From the NCBI GenBank assembly GCA_030167145.1, contig CP126532.1, forward strand, positions 480,001 to 512,000: 32,000 nt of DNA. The letters run 5' to 3'. The translations under genes and the position numbers were made by a program. The notes beneath the pieces are model-generated. The model was given only the letters and a program-made list of their open reading frames with translations, did not search any database and was not told where the DNA came from. The number at the start of each line of letters is the position of its first letter. Position 1 is the stretch's first letter. The DNA is from Ktedonobacterales bacterium. GTDB lineage: Bacteria; Chloroflexota; Ktedonobacteria; Ktedonobacterales; JADMIN01. Positions 9,076-18,960 of this stretch are shown piece after piece.

Positions 9076-9483
9076 TCATGAGTCTGATTCGCCTGGTGAC
9101 AGCGCAGCGGACTCGCGCTGGACGCGCTGTGGCATGAGACGCGCCCGACGACGGTGGCACGTCAGGTAAGCGAGATCGCCCGAAGTCGCGTGAAAAGCCC
9201 GCGTGACCCCCTTCGGAACGAAGAGCAGTACCCCGGAATGCAACTGCTCTTCACGCCCATCAATCTCTGCGACTCCCTCACCACTGACCACGACGACCAC
9301 AACATCCACTTCGTTGTTAACGTGCGCTGGTACTCCATCGCCTGCTGGAAAACGGACCAAATTGAGGTTCAAGTCCGGTGCGCTGAGTGACCAGAGGGCG
9401 CCTACACGCGCGGGCCCACGAGCATCGGTGGCCATCGCAGCCAGATCCACGAGTTGTGCAGTAGGCGAATCTTGGTTTGCCAT
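9076..9483 (-). CDS. Cupin domain protein
   Basis: Cupin motifs are present (PAHVNNEVDVVVVVVSGEG....G...L..G.L.FVPKG..RAFH). AAGGGGGG RBS. The start is 12 nt downstream of the murA stop. Confidence 0.75.
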   Translation of the reverse strand: MANQDSPTAQLVDLAAMATDARGPARVGALWSLSAPDLNLNLVRFPAGDGVPAHVNNEVDVVVVVVSGEGVAEIDGREEQLHSGVLLFVPKGVTRAFHATSGDLAYLTCHRRRARLMPQRVQRESAALSPGESDS

Positions 9484-9495
9484 GCAGCGCCCCCC

Positions 9496-10842
9496 TTACA
9501 GTTGCGGCGCGTCGTCCTCAGCACGTTCAATATGTGCGCCGAGTCGTTGAAGTTTGACATAGAGATTGTCATAACCGCGTTCAATGTGTTCGATGCCCCA
9601 CACGCGCGAGGTTCCCTCGGCACAGAGAGCAGCGAGCAAGTAGGATGCGCCGCCGCGAATGTCAGGCATAACCAAATCGGCGGCGTGCAACGGCGTGGGA
9701 CCGCGGATGATACAACTGTGCGGAAAATCCTGCTCGCGGAAGCGGCATCCCAGTTCGCCCAGGCACTTCGCGTAGAGGCCGGTATCGGCCCCCATGCGAT
9801 TCAGTTCATACGTATAACCGAACCGGTCGTTGAAGATTGTCTCGTGTATGACCGACATCCCCCGCGCCTGGGTCAACAAGACCGCGAAAGGTTGCTGCCA
9901 ATCCGTCATGAAACCAGGATGTACGTCCGTCTCAAGCGCGATGGAGCGTGGAGGTTGATCGGAGCCAAAAAAGCGGATAGCGTCATCCTCAACGTTGAAA
10001 TCAAGGCCCACTCGATAGAGTGTGTTCAAGAATGTGAGTAATGTGCTCTGGTCGGCGCCTATCAGGCGCACATCCCCGCGCGTGAGATAAGCCGCGACCG
10101 CCAGCGACACCGCTTCATTGCGATCCGAGAGGGCACGATGCTCAGCGCCATGAAGTCGCTGGACACCTTCGATGACAATCTTGCGGTCTACGCGCTGCTC
10201 GATGATCGCGCCCATCTTCTGCAAAAACTTAATGAGATCCATGATCTCCGGCTCAATCGCGGCATTGCGAATGACCGTGACGCCACGTGCCAGCGATGCC
10301 GCAATGATGAGCGTTTCAGTGGCCATAACACTGGGGAACGGCAGATCAATGGTCGCGCCTTTGAGGCCCGCTGTATGGAAGTAATAGAGACCATCGTGAT
10401 CCTCGACTATCGCGCCCATGCGTTGGAGTCCCGCGATATGGTAGTCAATTGGACGTGGGCCAATGCGGTCGCCGCCAGGCGCAGGAATCACCGCGCGCCC
10501 AACCCGATGCAATAATGGCCCAGCGGTGAGGACGGCGAGACGGTTCTTGGCGCCCAACTCTAGCGGCACGACAGTATTGGTGATCTCGGCGGTTCGCAGC
10601 GACACGACATTGTCTTCAGTCCAGGTGATTTCCGTGCCAAGCGAGTGCATCACCTGCTCATTGATACTGACATCACCGAGATTGCGGGGCACATTGTGGA
10701 CGGTACACGGGTCTTCGGTAAGCAATGTGGCCGCCATCAACTTGGTGACGGCGTTCTTCGCGCCGCTCACGCGCACCTCGCCCCGCAACGGCACTCCGCC
10801 TTCAATCTCGTAGCGTCCACCGTCTATTTCATCTCTGGTCAC
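9496..10842 (-). CDS. murA: UDP-N-acetylglucosamine 1-carboxyvinyltransferase
   Basis: The full length has MurA/EPSP-synthase-fold hallmarks (L.GEV.VSGAKNA..KLMAA.LLT......NVP...DV). GTG start is preceded by GGGAGG. Confidence 0.93.
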   Translation of the reverse strand: MTRDEIDGGRYEIEGGVPLRGEVRVSGAKNAVTKLMAATLLTEDPCTVHNVPRNLGDVSINEQVMHSLGTEITWTEDNVVSLRTAEITNTVVPLELGAKNRLAVLTAGPLLHRVGRAVIPAPGGDRIGPRPIDYHIAGLQRMGAIVEDHDGLYYFHTAGLKGATIDLPFPSVMATETLIIAASLARGVTVIRNAAIEPEIMDLIKFLQKMGAIIEQRVDRKIVIEGVQRLHGAEHRALSDRNEAVSLAVAAYLTRGDVRLIGADQSTLLTFLNTLYRVGLDFNVEDDAIRFFGSDQPPRSIALETDVHPGFMTDWQQPFAVLLTQARGMSVIHETIFNDRFGYTYELNRMGADTGLYAKCLGELGCRFREQDFPHSCIIRGPTPLHAADLVMPDIRGGASYLLAALCAEGTSRVWGIEHIERGYDNLYVKLQRLGAHIERAEDDAPQL

Positions 10843-11001
10843 GAAGACTACCTCCCTCTCCGCATCCGTCGCGCTGCCCGCTCTAAGGCATCTCCCATTG
10901 CTCGCGGCGCGGATATGCCACTCCTTCGCGCGTTGTCAGCATAGCCCGGCGCGGATGAGGTGTCAACGCGACTGGCCCCAAAACCAGCAGTCCCGCTCAG
11001 C

Positions 11002-11031
11002 TTGACCATCCTCGTACAAGCGTTCTATACT
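11002..11031 (+). promoter_or_regulatory. Candidate promoter for uvrA
   Basis: TTGACC (11002-11007), an 18-nt spacer, then TATACT (11026-11031). Motif match only. Confidence 0.35.
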
Positions 11032-11101
11032 GTTCGAGTGAGATGCGTTCAGGCTCACAGGAGTCACACGCATCATTCTTATTTCTGGTACTTTTCGTAT
11101 T

Positions 11102-11129
11102 CCTGTCAACACCTGTCAAGAATGACAGG
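11102..11129. promoter_or_regulatory. Direct plus inverted CCTGTCA repeats in the uvrA leader
   Basis: CCTGTCA occurs at 11102-11108. A perfect palindrome CCTGTCA-AGAA-TGACAGG follows at 11112-11129, ~58 nt upstream of the uvrA ATG. It may be an operator or an RNA hairpin. Confidence 0.3.
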
Positions 11130-11186
11130 GCATGATCCGCATATACTCTCCGTTATGTTCCCATTCATAAACATGAAGTGAGTCCT

Positions 11187-14100
11187 ATGCCGCAAGATCG
11201 AATCGTTGTGCGCGGCGCGCGCGAGCACAACCTCAAAAACATAGATGTCGTCATCCCACGTGATAAGCTCGTCGTCATCACTGGGCTATCCGGCTCTGGC
11301 AAGAGCAGTCTCGCATTCGATACCATCTTCGCCGAGGGCCAGCGCCGCTACGTTGAGTCACTCTCTTCGTATGCTCGTCAGTTCCTTGGCCAGATGGATA
11401 AGCCAGACGTAGACCACATTGATGGTCTCTCGCCCGCTATCTCCATTGACCAAAAGAGCACATCGCATAATCCGCGTTCCACCGTCGGCACGGTCACTGA
11501 GATATGGGACTACATGCGCCTGCTCTACGCGCGTGTCGGCCACCCGCACTGCCCACAATGTGGCCGTGAGGTGAGCCAACAGTCTGTCGAGCAGATCGTA
11601 GACGCTGTGACCACGTTGCCTGATAGCACGCGGCTTATGCTTCTCGCGCCCCTCGTCCGTGCCCGCAAAGGTGAGTATAAGAGCCTGTTCGATGAGATGC
11701 GCCGTGCGGGCTATGTCCGCATTCGAGTGGACGGCGAAGTCCGCGACCTTGGCGAAGATATCGAATTGGACAAGTATAAGCAGCACACCATCGAGGTCGT
11801 CGTAGACCGGCTCGTCATTCGCCATTCCACTGCCGCCGAGACTCAGGAGAGCGCCACCAATGCGCCCGGCCTGCGTCTGGTCGCCGAACGTCCCGCTGCA
11901 TACGTTGCGGAGAGCGCCAGCGCGCCAGCCGCCGACCCAGAAGCGGGCCAGCGCTCCCGTGTGGCTGACTCCGTTGAAACGACGCTCAAGCTCGGCAATG
12001 GTATCATCCTGGTGTCCATCATCGGCGGCGAAGAGCGGCTCTACTCCGAGCATTTTGCCTGCGTCTATTGCGGCATCAGCCTTGAAGAGCTTGAGCCGCG
12101 GAGCTTTAGCTTCAACAGCCCTAAGGGCGCCTGCCCGGAATGCACTGGTCTCGGCACCAAGCTGGAGATTGACGCGGATCTGATCGTCACCAACCCTGAC
12201 CTGACCATCAACGAAGGCGCCATCCTGCCGTGGAGCCGCTTCGCCAGTGTAAGCCAGTGGTACACAACTCTGCTGAGCGCCGTCGCCAAGCAATCGGGGT
12301 TCAACCTCGACACTCCCTGGCGCGATCTCAGTGATGAGGCCCGTCGCACCGTCCTCTACGGCGCATCTGGCGAAGTCAGCTTCTACTATCGCAATAGGCA
12401 GGGCACACGCCGCCAGCATGAAACCACCTTCGAGGGGGTCATTCCTAACCTTGAGCGGCGCTACAAGGAGGCATCTGAGCACGGTCGGCAAGAGATTGAG
12501 CAATATATGTCCGCTGTGCCGTGCCCTGCCTGCAAAGGCGCGCGTCTCAAGAAAGAGACACTTGCCGTCACCGTTGGCAACCGCAACATCGTCGAAATTG
12601 GCAACCTTTCCATCATCAATGCCCTGAGTTTCTTCGACAAGCTCACAGAAGAATCGCCGGTTGCACATGCCGAAAACGGCAAAAACGGCAACTCCCCTGC
12701 CGTCCAAAATCACCATGCTGGCGCGAACGGCAAGAATGGCAATGGCCGTGCGCGTCTCCGTGCCCTGCCCACCGGCAATGCCAACATCTTCACGGGCGTC
12801 GTTACCCTTACCGAGCGCGAACATATCATCGCCCGTCAGATCCTCAAGGAGATTCGCTCGCGACTTGGCTTTCTCGTGGATGTTGGCCTCGACTACCTCT
12901 CGCTGAACCGCTCCGCCACCACGCTTTCCGGTGGTGAAGCGCAGCGCATCCGGCTCGCCACTCAGATCGGGTCCAGTCTCATGGGGGTGCTCTACATCCT
13001 CGACGAGCCAAGCATCGGCCTGCATCAGCGCGATAATGCCCGCCTCATCCGCACGCTGATTCGCCTGCGCGACCTCGGCAACACTTTGATCGTCGTCGAA
13101 CACGATGAAGACACCATGCACGCCGCCGACTGGATTATAGACATCGGCCCCGGCGCTGGCGAACATGGCGGTTATGTCGTCGCTGAGGGCACGCCCGCTG
13201 AAATCGTCGCCAATCCCACCTCGCTTACCGGCCAGTTTCTCTCCGGCGCGCGTCATATCCCGGCGCCGAAGCGGCGTCGCGCGGGCAATGGCAGTGTTCT
13301 CACGATTCGAGGCGCACGCGAAAACAACCTGAAGAATCTGGATGTAACCATCCCGCTGGGCGAGTTTGTCACCGTCACCGGAGTCTCTGGCTCCGGCAAG
13401 AGCACGCTCATCAATGAGATTCTCCACAAGTCGCTTGCCCAGAAGCTGAACCGTGCTCATACGCGCCCCGGTGACCACGATGAAATCGAAGGCATAGACG
13501 CGCTCGACAAAGTCATTGACATTGACCAATCTCCCATTGGACGCACACCGCGCTCCAATCCCGCTACCTATACCGGCGCCTTCACACCCATCCGCGAGCT
13601 ATTCGCGCAAGTGCCTGAAGCGCGCCTCCGCGGATATACTCCTGGCCGCTTCTCATTCAATGTCAAAGGCGGCCGCTGCGAGGTGTGCAAAGGCGAAGGC
13701 ATGCTCACCATCGAGATGAACTTCCTGCCAGATGTGTATGTGCCGTGCGAGGCCTGCAAAGGCAAGCGCTACAATCGCGAAGCCCTGGAGATCCACTACA
13801 AAGGCAAGACCATCTCCGAAGTACTGGATATGACCGTTGAGGAGGCGCTCACCTTCTTCGAGGCGGTGCCAAGCATCGCGAATAAGCTCAGCACGCTCAA
13901 CGCCGTCGGCCTGGGCTACATCCGCCTTGGGCAGCCCGCTACCACCCTCTCTGGCGGCGAAGCCCAGCGGATCAAGCTTGCATCAGAGTTGTCTCGCCGC
14001 GCCACTGGCCGCACCCTGTACATCCTCGATGAACCCACTACCGGCCTCCACTTTGCCGATGTCGAGCGCCTGCTCCACGTCCTTCAGCGACTTGTTGACG

Positions 14101-14297
14101 CTGGCAATACCGTCGTCGTTATCGAACACAATCTCGATGTCATCAAATCTGCCGACTGGCTGATTGACCTCGGCCCTGAGGGTGGCGACCTTGGCGGCCA
14201 GATCGTCGCCGAAGGCATGCCGGAGCAGGTGGCGCAAATGCCGCACTCCTATACTGGGCAGTTCCTCGCTCGCAGTCTTCCTGTTCCAGTACCGTAA
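11187..14297 (+). CDS. uvrA: Excinuclease ABC subunit A
   Basis: The N-terminus [13 protein letters not shown], two ABC ATPase modules ([20 protein letters not shown], two LSGGE.QRI.LA signatures) and zinc-finger cysteines are all present. Either the ATG at 11187 or the GTG at 11178 could be the start. The gene contains two low-complexity insertions. Confidence 0.95.
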   Translation: MPQDRIVVRGAREHNLKNIDVVIPRDKLVVITGLSGSGKSSLAFDTIFAEGQRRYVESLSSYARQFLGQMDKPDVDHIDGLSPAISIDQKSTSHNPRSTVGTVTEIWDYMRLLYARVGHPHCPQCGREVSQQSVEQIVDAVTTLPDSTRLMLLAPLVRARKGEYKSLFDEMRRAGYVRIRVDGEVRDLGEDIELDKYKQHTIEVVVDRLVIRHSTAAETQESATNAPGLRLVAERPAAYVAESASAPAADPEAGQRSRVADSVETTLKLGNGIILVSIIGGEERLYSEHFACVYCGISLEELEPRSFSFNSPKGACPECTGLGTKLEIDADLIVTNPDLTINEGAILPWSRFASVSQWYTTLLSAVAKQSGFNLDTPWRDLSDEARRTVLYGASGEVSFYYRNRQGTRRQHETTFEGVIPNLERRYKEASEHGRQEIEQYMSAVPCPACKGARLKKETLAVTVGNRNIVEIGNLSIINALSFFDKLTEESPVAHAENGKNGNSPAVQNHHAGANGKNGNGRARLRALPTGNANIFTGVVTLTEREHIIARQILKEIRSRLGFLVDVGLDYLSLNRSATTLSGGEAQRIRLATQIGSSLMGVLYILDEPSIGLHQRDNARLIRTLIRLRDLGNTLIVVEHDEDTMHAADWIIDIGPGAGEHGGYVVAEGTPAEIVANPTSLTGQFLSGARHIPAPKRRRAGNGSVLTIRGARENNLKNLDVTIPLGEFVTVTGVSGSGKSTLINEILHKSLAQKLNRAHTRPGDHDEIEGIDALDKVIDIDQSPIGRTPRSNPATYTGAFTPIRELFAQVPEARLRGYTPGRFSFNVKGGRCEVCKGEGMLTIEMNFLPDVYVPCEACKGKRYNREALEIHYKGKTISEVLDMTVEEALTFFEAVPSIANKLSTLNAVGLGYIRLGQPATTLSGGEAQRIKLASELSRRATGRTLYILDEPTTGLHFADVERLLHVLQRLVDAGNTVVVIEHNLDVIKSADWLIDLGPEGGDLGGQIVAEGMPEQVAQMPHSYTGQFLARSLPVPVP

Positions 14298-14301
14298 GAC
14301 A

Positions 14302-14335
14302 CAGCCAGAGGCAAGTTGCTCTATGCCTCTGGCTG
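14302..14335. terminator. Perfect 12-bp stem-loop between convergent uvrA and kinase genes
   Basis: CAGCCAGAGGCA (14302-14313) pairs with TGCCTCTGGCTG (14324-14335) around a 10-nt loop. It sits 5 nt after the uvrA stop and 11 nt from the kinase stop. Confidence 0.6.
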
Positions 14336-14345
14336 CATCATCTGC

Positions 14346-15716
14346 TCACCCTAGTAACTCGAATGTCAAGAAGTCATCGCCCAGGCGCACCTCATCGCCA
14401 TGCTGGAGTACCACAGGCTCCTTCAACACCTGCCGTTTGTTCACAAATGTCCCGTTTCTGCTCCGCAAATCCTCAATCACCCAGTGGCCATTCGCAAACA
14501 CGAGCCGGGCGTGCTGGCGCGATACCGTGCCATCGGGAATCACCACGTCGTTTTCCAGGGTGCGCCCTATCATCGTCGTATCTTGGTGGAGCACAAACCA
14601 GTGCCCAGCCATTGGACCGTTCCGTACCGTAATGCGGCAGCGCAATGGGCGCCCGTTTTGCAGCAGGTATTTGTCCACTGATGCACGCTTGCCTGTCAGA
14701 TCGTAGTGGCACGCGGTACACTGAGTGGCAGTTGGCGGGTTCGCGGCTCCGCAGCGGAAGCACGTTCCCGGTTGTCCTGGTATTCCTCGTGGCGGCAGTG
14801 GCACCACTGCTGTTCCGCCATTCACCATAGCCTGGCGCTGAGTTGGCTGTGAACGGGCCATCACGCGCACTTCGATAGCAGCTTCTTTGAGTTGCTCCGC
14901 CATGTCATGCGCGCGTTGGAATCGCTGCGCCGGATGCTTCTCCAATGCGCGAAGGATGATCATCTCCACACGAGGGGGCAGCCCTGGGGCCAGCGCCGAC
15001 GGCTGCGGAACCCTCTCGCTGGCGTGCTTGGCGACGATGCCCATCGGCGATTCCGCATCGAAAGGCAGCCGGCCAGTGACGCACTGGAAGAGTACTACCC
15101 CGAGCGCGTAAATGTCGGTGCGGGCGTCCACCACCCCATTCGGCATGCCCTGCTCGGGCGCCATGTACTGGGGGGTGCCAACGTTGCCGCCGCCCTGGAC
15201 CCATGCACGATTCGCCTCAAGCATCGCCGCGATACCAAAATCGGAGAGCAGCAGATGCTCTTCGGTCCGCAGCAGCATGTTCGCTGGCTTCACATCGCGG
15301 TGGATGATGCCATGCTGATGGGCGCATTCCAGCGCCGCCGCAGCCTGCGCTATCAGATCCAGCGTGACGGCGAGATCCATGCGCCGCCGTTGCGCTTCGG
15401 CCTGCGCCAGGCGATCACGCACGGTGCCGCCCGCGATATACTCCATGACGATGAAAGCCCAGCCGTTCTCCTCACCGTAATCATGCACCGGCACGATGTT
15501 GGGATGGCTCAGCCGCGCGACAAGTCGCGCTTCGGTCGTGAATCTACGGGCGAACTCACTGTCACGCGCGTTTCCCTGTTGTGTGGGAATCGCTTTAATC
15601 GCGACATAGCGGTCAAGTGATCGCTGATATCCCTTGTAAACACGAGCCATGCCACCTTGACCAATAAGCTGTTGCACCTGGTACTGCCCCAGGTTCTGGC
15701 CCACGAGATCGTTCAT
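14346..15716 (-). CDS. Ser/Thr protein kinase with C-terminal zinc ribbon and FHA domain
   Basis: Hanks kinase motifs are present (GQGGMARVYKG, AIK, HRDVKPANMLL, DFGIA, GTPQYMAPE). These are followed by CFRCG...CTACH and then an FHA pattern (IGR...D..I.D..VSR.HA.L......W.I.DL.S.NGTFVN). GGAGG RBS. Confidence 0.9.
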   Translation of the reverse strand: MNDLVGQNLGQYQVQQLIGQGGMARVYKGYQRSLDRYVAIKAIPTQQGNARDSEFARRFTTEARLVARLSHPNIVPVHDYGEENGWAFIVMEYIAGGTVRDRLAQAEAQRRRMDLAVTLDLIAQAAAALECAHQHGIIHRDVKPANMLLRTEEHLLLSDFGIAAMLEANRAWVQGGGNVGTPQYMAPEQGMPNGVVDARTDIYALGVVLFQCVTGRLPFDAESPMGIVAKHASERVPQPSALAPGLPPRVEMIILRALEKHPAQRFQRAHDMAEQLKEAAIEVRVMARSQPTQRQAMVNGGTAVVPLPPRGIPGQPGTCFRCGAANPPTATQCTACHYDLTGKRASVDKYLLQNGRPLRCRITVRNGPMAGHWFVLHQDTTMIGRTLENDVVIPDGTVSRQHARLVFANGHWVIEDLRSRNGTFVNKRQVLKEPVVLQHGDEVRLGDDFLTFELLG

Positions 15717-15856
15717 CGCGCCTCCGCCGCCAGCCAGCGAGCACTCCCTACAGCCCGCCGAATTGCTACCCTAAGCTACCCTATTATACGCGGTGGAGGG
15801 CTTGTGTGGGGTGTTTAGCTGGTCACATACGGCAGAGAGTACCAATCACACGCGAT

Positions 15857-16441
15857 CTAGCGCGTGACGATCTTGACCTCACCAAAGGTCGCGGTGGCCT
15901 CGATGCGCAGAAAGCTCCCTGATTCCACGCTTCCCAAAGTGAAAGAGTCCTGCATTGTAATGCCGCCGATAGAGTGCCCCGGCACTTTGACCTCACCGAA
16001 ACGCGCCGAACTATCCACATAGATGCGCAGCCCCTCTGGCACAATGACTTTTATTTCGCCAAAGAGCGCGTTCAGCCGCAGGATATTCTCGCCCTCAGCA
16101 AGCCGCGCCATACGTACATCTAGATTGGCCTGGCCAAAGGTCGCGCTCACGTTGGTTTCCGGTCCCAGATCCCAGAGCGCTCCCATGCGATCTACCTGGC
16201 CGAAGAAGGCTGAGACGCGATGTCCGCGCCCTGACGGGAGGGATCGTGTTGTCTGCGTGCTACCCAGCGGCGCAGAGCGCGCACGCGCTGGCTCTGGTGG
16301 CAGCGCATCGAGAATCGCCTGACACTCTACCGGGTCGGTCGTCACCATGAGCTTGCCCATGATCTGGCGAAACTCTTCGAGCGGCAATCCGCCGCGCGCA
16401 TACCGTTCGCGCAACTCTTCCACTGCTGTTTCTTGATCCAT
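15857..16441 (-). CDS. LiaF-like (DUF2154-type) beta-rich domain protein with N-terminal SHOCT/DUF1707-like helix
   Basis: ATG at 16441 is preceded by GGAGG 6 nt upstream. The N-terminus reads ELRERYARGGLPLEEFRQIMGKL. The C-terminal half has repeated FG[QE](A/I/V)K/N-V strands, as in the LiaF C-terminal domain. The family call is from memory of these motifs. Confidence 0.6.
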   Translation of the reverse strand: MDQETAVEELRERYARGGLPLEEFRQIMGKLMVTTDPVECQAILDALPPEPARARSAPLGSTQTTRSLPSGRGHRVSAFFGQVDRMGALWDLGPETNVSATFGQANLDVRMARLAEGENILRLNALFGEIKVIVPEGLRIYVDSSARFGEVKVPGHSIGGITMQDSFTLGSVESGSFLRIEATATFGEVKIVTR

Positions 16442-16555
16442 GCTGGCCTCCCGTAGAGAATGCCTCGTCAACTCTCGTGCCATGTGCGTGCCCGCCTTTC
16501 TTCGATGCCGCAATACTACTGAGATGCTGCCACCGCCTATTACCCCCCATCCCTA

Positions 16556-17170
16556 TTAGCTCGCGTGTCGCCATCCGGCCACGAGCACCTGCCAGATGCG
16601 TGGCGCAATGGTGCGCGGAAAGAAGGTCTCAGGAACGAGCAGCCACGCCCGCACCAGCCCATTCCCGGCGCTGACAAAACTCAGCGCCGCCGCCTCGATG
16701 TCGGTCTGCGGGGGAAGCTGGCCAGCCGCCACCGCAGCCAGCAGCCGTTCCGTTACCAAAGCCTGTGTACGCCGTTCTTCAGCCCGCCGTGCGTCCATAC
16801 TCTCGCGTGGCTCAACCCCCAGTTCAATGCGCAGGTGCGCCAGCCGCGCATACGACTGATAGCCATGGTCTGTCTCCAACGCCTCCATCCAGCGCATCCA
16901 CATCGCTTCGAGCGCCGCCAGGGGCGACGATGCCTGCCGTGCCGCATCCTCCAGCAACTCTGAGAAGATCGTTGCCCGCTCTCCCAGGATCGCGGTGAAA
17001 AGCTCGGCTTTGCTGTCGAAGTACCAGTAGATGGCGCCTTTGCTCAGATTCGCTTCGGCGGTGATGTCGTCGAGCGTGGTGCCCGCATAGCCCTTCCGGC
17101 TAAATACTTCGAGCGCCGCCGCAAGAATCTGGCGTCTGGCGAGTGGATCCGCTTGCTTTGGCCTTGGCAT
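16556..17170 (-). CDS. TetR/AcrR family transcriptional regulator
   Basis: TetR helix-turn-helix (ILAAALEVFSRKGYAGTTLDDITAEANLSKGAIYWYFDSKAELF). ATG at 17170 is preceded by GAGGG. Confidence 0.9.
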   Translation of the reverse strand: MPRPKQADPLARRQILAAALEVFSRKGYAGTTLDDITAEANLSKGAIYWYFDSKAELFTAILGERATIFSELLEDAARQASSPLAALEAMWMRWMEALETDHGYQSYARLAHLRIELGVEPRESMDARRAEERRTQALVTERLLAAVAAGQLPPQTDIEAAALSFVSAGNGLVRAWLLVPETFFPRTIAPRIWQVLVAGWRHAS

Positions 17171-17198
17171 GACTGCCCTCAATACATTTCTATACTAT

Positions 17199-17226
17199 CC
17201 AGTCGGTATACGTATCATACACGACT
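17199..17226. promoter_or_regulatory. Imperfect palindrome upstream of the TetR gene (possible operator)
   Basis: CAGTCGGTA....TAC-a-CGACTG has 9 pairing positions plus one bulge. It lies 29-56 nt upstream of the TetR ATG. Weak evidence. Confidence 0.25.
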
Positions 17227-17285
17227 GCATACTCCTACGTCAAGTGGCAAATCGCAGTGTCAGGTGGTGCGCTTGCACATCGCGA

Positions 17286-18893
17286 TCACATCCTGAAGAC
17301 ACCGAAACGGGTATCAGGAATCGGCGCATTCAGCGCGGCAGCGATGCCGAGGCCGAGAGTTATGCGGGTATCCAGCGGGTCGAGGATGCCGTCGTCCCAG
17401 AGTCGGGCAGTGCTGTAATACGGGTTGCCCTCTTCCTCGTACTTCGCCAGAATCGGCGCTTTGAACGTCTCTTGCTCGTCGCCTGCCATGACCTTTCCGC
17501 GCGCTGATAACCCCTCCATGCGGACGGTGAGCAATGTATTTGCCGCTTGCTCGCCACCCATCACCGAGATGCGCGCGTTCGGCCACATCCAGAGCTGCCG
17601 AGGGCTGTACGCGCGGCCACACATGCCGTAGTTGCCCGCGCCGAACGATCCGCCGATGATGACGGTGAACTTAGGCACAGCGGCGTTGGCCACAGCCATT
17701 ACCATTTTCGCGCCGTCTTTGGCGATGCCGCCATTCTCGTATTGTTTACCAACCATGAAGCCGGTGATGTTTTGCAAGAAAATCAGCGGTGTCTTGCGCT
17801 GGCAGCAGAGTTCGATGAAGTGCGTCGCTTTGAGCGCGCTCTCCGAAAAGAGAATGCCATTGTTGGCGATAATGCCCACCGGATAACCCATCAGCCGCGC
17901 GAAGCCGCAGACCAACGTCGTCCCGTAGAGCGCCTTGAACTCATGAAAGTGGCTGCCATCCACGAGCCGCGCGATGATCTCACGGACATCGAAGCTCTTG
18001 CGCGAATCATGCGGGATGATGCCATAGAGGTCGCGCGAATCATACTTGGGCGGCTCTGGAGGCAAGACCTCCCACGGGTAGTCTTTGCGGCGATTGAGAT
18101 TGCTGGCAATCGAGCGAACGATGGCAAGCGCGTGCAGGTCGTTGAGCGCGTAATGGTCCGAGACGCCAGAGGTGCGGGTGTGGACGTCGGCCCCACCCAG
18201 CTCTTCCGCTGTGACTTCCTCGCCGGTCGCGGCTTTGACAAGCGGTGGTCCCGCGAGAAAGATGGTGCCATTGCCACGCACGATGACGGTTTCGTCGCTC
18301 ATCGCGGGGATGTACGCTCCACCCGCCGTGCATGATCCCATGACAGCGGCTATCTGCGGGATGCGCTTCGAGGACATCTGCGCCTGGTTATAGAAGATAC
18401 GGCCAAAGTGGTCGCGGTCGGGGAAGACATCGGCCTGAAGCGGGAGGAACGCCCCGCCTGAATCCACAAGATAGATGCACGGCAGGTGATTCTGCTCAGC
18501 GATCTCCTGGGCGCGCAGGTGCTTCTTGACAGTGATTGGGAAGTATGTGCCGCCCTTGACGGTGGCATCGTTGGCGACGATGACGCACTCCTGCCCCTCG
18601 ACGACGCCGATGCCAGTGACGATGCCCGCAGAAGGAGCCTCGCCGTCATACATATCCCACGCGGCGAGCGGATTGAATTCGAGGAACGGCGTATCGGGAT
18701 CGCAGAGCTTCGCGATACGCTCACGCGCGAGCAACTTGCCGCGCCCGCGATGTTTGGCGATGGCTGCGTCTCCGCCGCCCTGTCCGATCTGTTCGATGCG
18801 CTGGCGCAGTTCGGCTACCAGCCCCTCGAAGTAGGAGCGGTTTTCTTGATACTGCGCGCTGGAGCGATCAACGCGACTCTCTATCACTGCCAT
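17286..18893 (-). CDS. Methylcrotonyl-CoA carboxylase carboxyltransferase (beta) subunit
   Basis: Long collinear blocks match MCCase beta / MCCC2-type carboxyltransferases ([113 protein letters not shown]). AAGGAG RBS. Confidence 0.9.
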   Translation of the reverse strand: MAVIESRVDRSSAQYQENRSYFEGLVAELRQRIEQIGQGGGDAAIAKHRGRGKLLARERIAKLCDPDTPFLEFNPLAAWDMYDGEAPSAGIVTGIGVVEGQECVIVANDATVKGGTYFPITVKKHLRAQEIAEQNHLPCIYLVDSGGAFLPLQADVFPDRDHFGRIFYNQAQMSSKRIPQIAAVMGSCTAGGAYIPAMSDETVIVRGNGTIFLAGPPLVKAATGEEVTAEELGGADVHTRTSGVSDHYALNDLHALAIVRSIASNLNRRKDYPWEVLPPEPPKYDSRDLYGIIPHDSRKSFDVREIIARLVDGSHFHEFKALYGTTLVCGFARLMGYPVGIIANNGILFSESALKATHFIELCCQRKTPLIFLQNITGFMVGKQYENGGIAKDGAKMVMAVANAAVPKFTVIIGGSFGAGNYGMCGRAYSPRQLWMWPNARISVMGGEQAANTLLTVRMEGLSARGKVMAGDEQETFKAPILAKYEEEGNPYYSTARLWDDGILDPLDTRITLGLGIAAALNAPIPDTRFGVFRM

Positions 18894-18960
18894 ACTGGTG
18901 ATTCTCCTTTATGGTTCTGAAGCCGCTCGCGGCGATGAATGGCCGGAGCACAGGTGTCCG

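Noticed and set aside
10960-11181. 73-aa ORF in the murA-uvrA divergent spacer
   Set aside because: The composition is odd (H/S/Y/F-rich) and there is no RBS. It overlaps the probable uvrA promoter and leader and runs into the uvrA start.
10843-11186. Canonical LexA/SOS box upstream of uvrA
   Set aside because: No GAAC-N4-GTTC or CTGT-N8-ACAG match was found by eye. Only the unrelated CCTGTCA palindrome was reported.
11358-13529. 723-aa ORF antisense to uvrA
   Set aside because: It lies entirely within and opposite a gene with unmistakable UvrA homology. The translation is R/A/G-rich with no recognisable domain. Long antisense ORFs are expected in GC-rich coding sequence.
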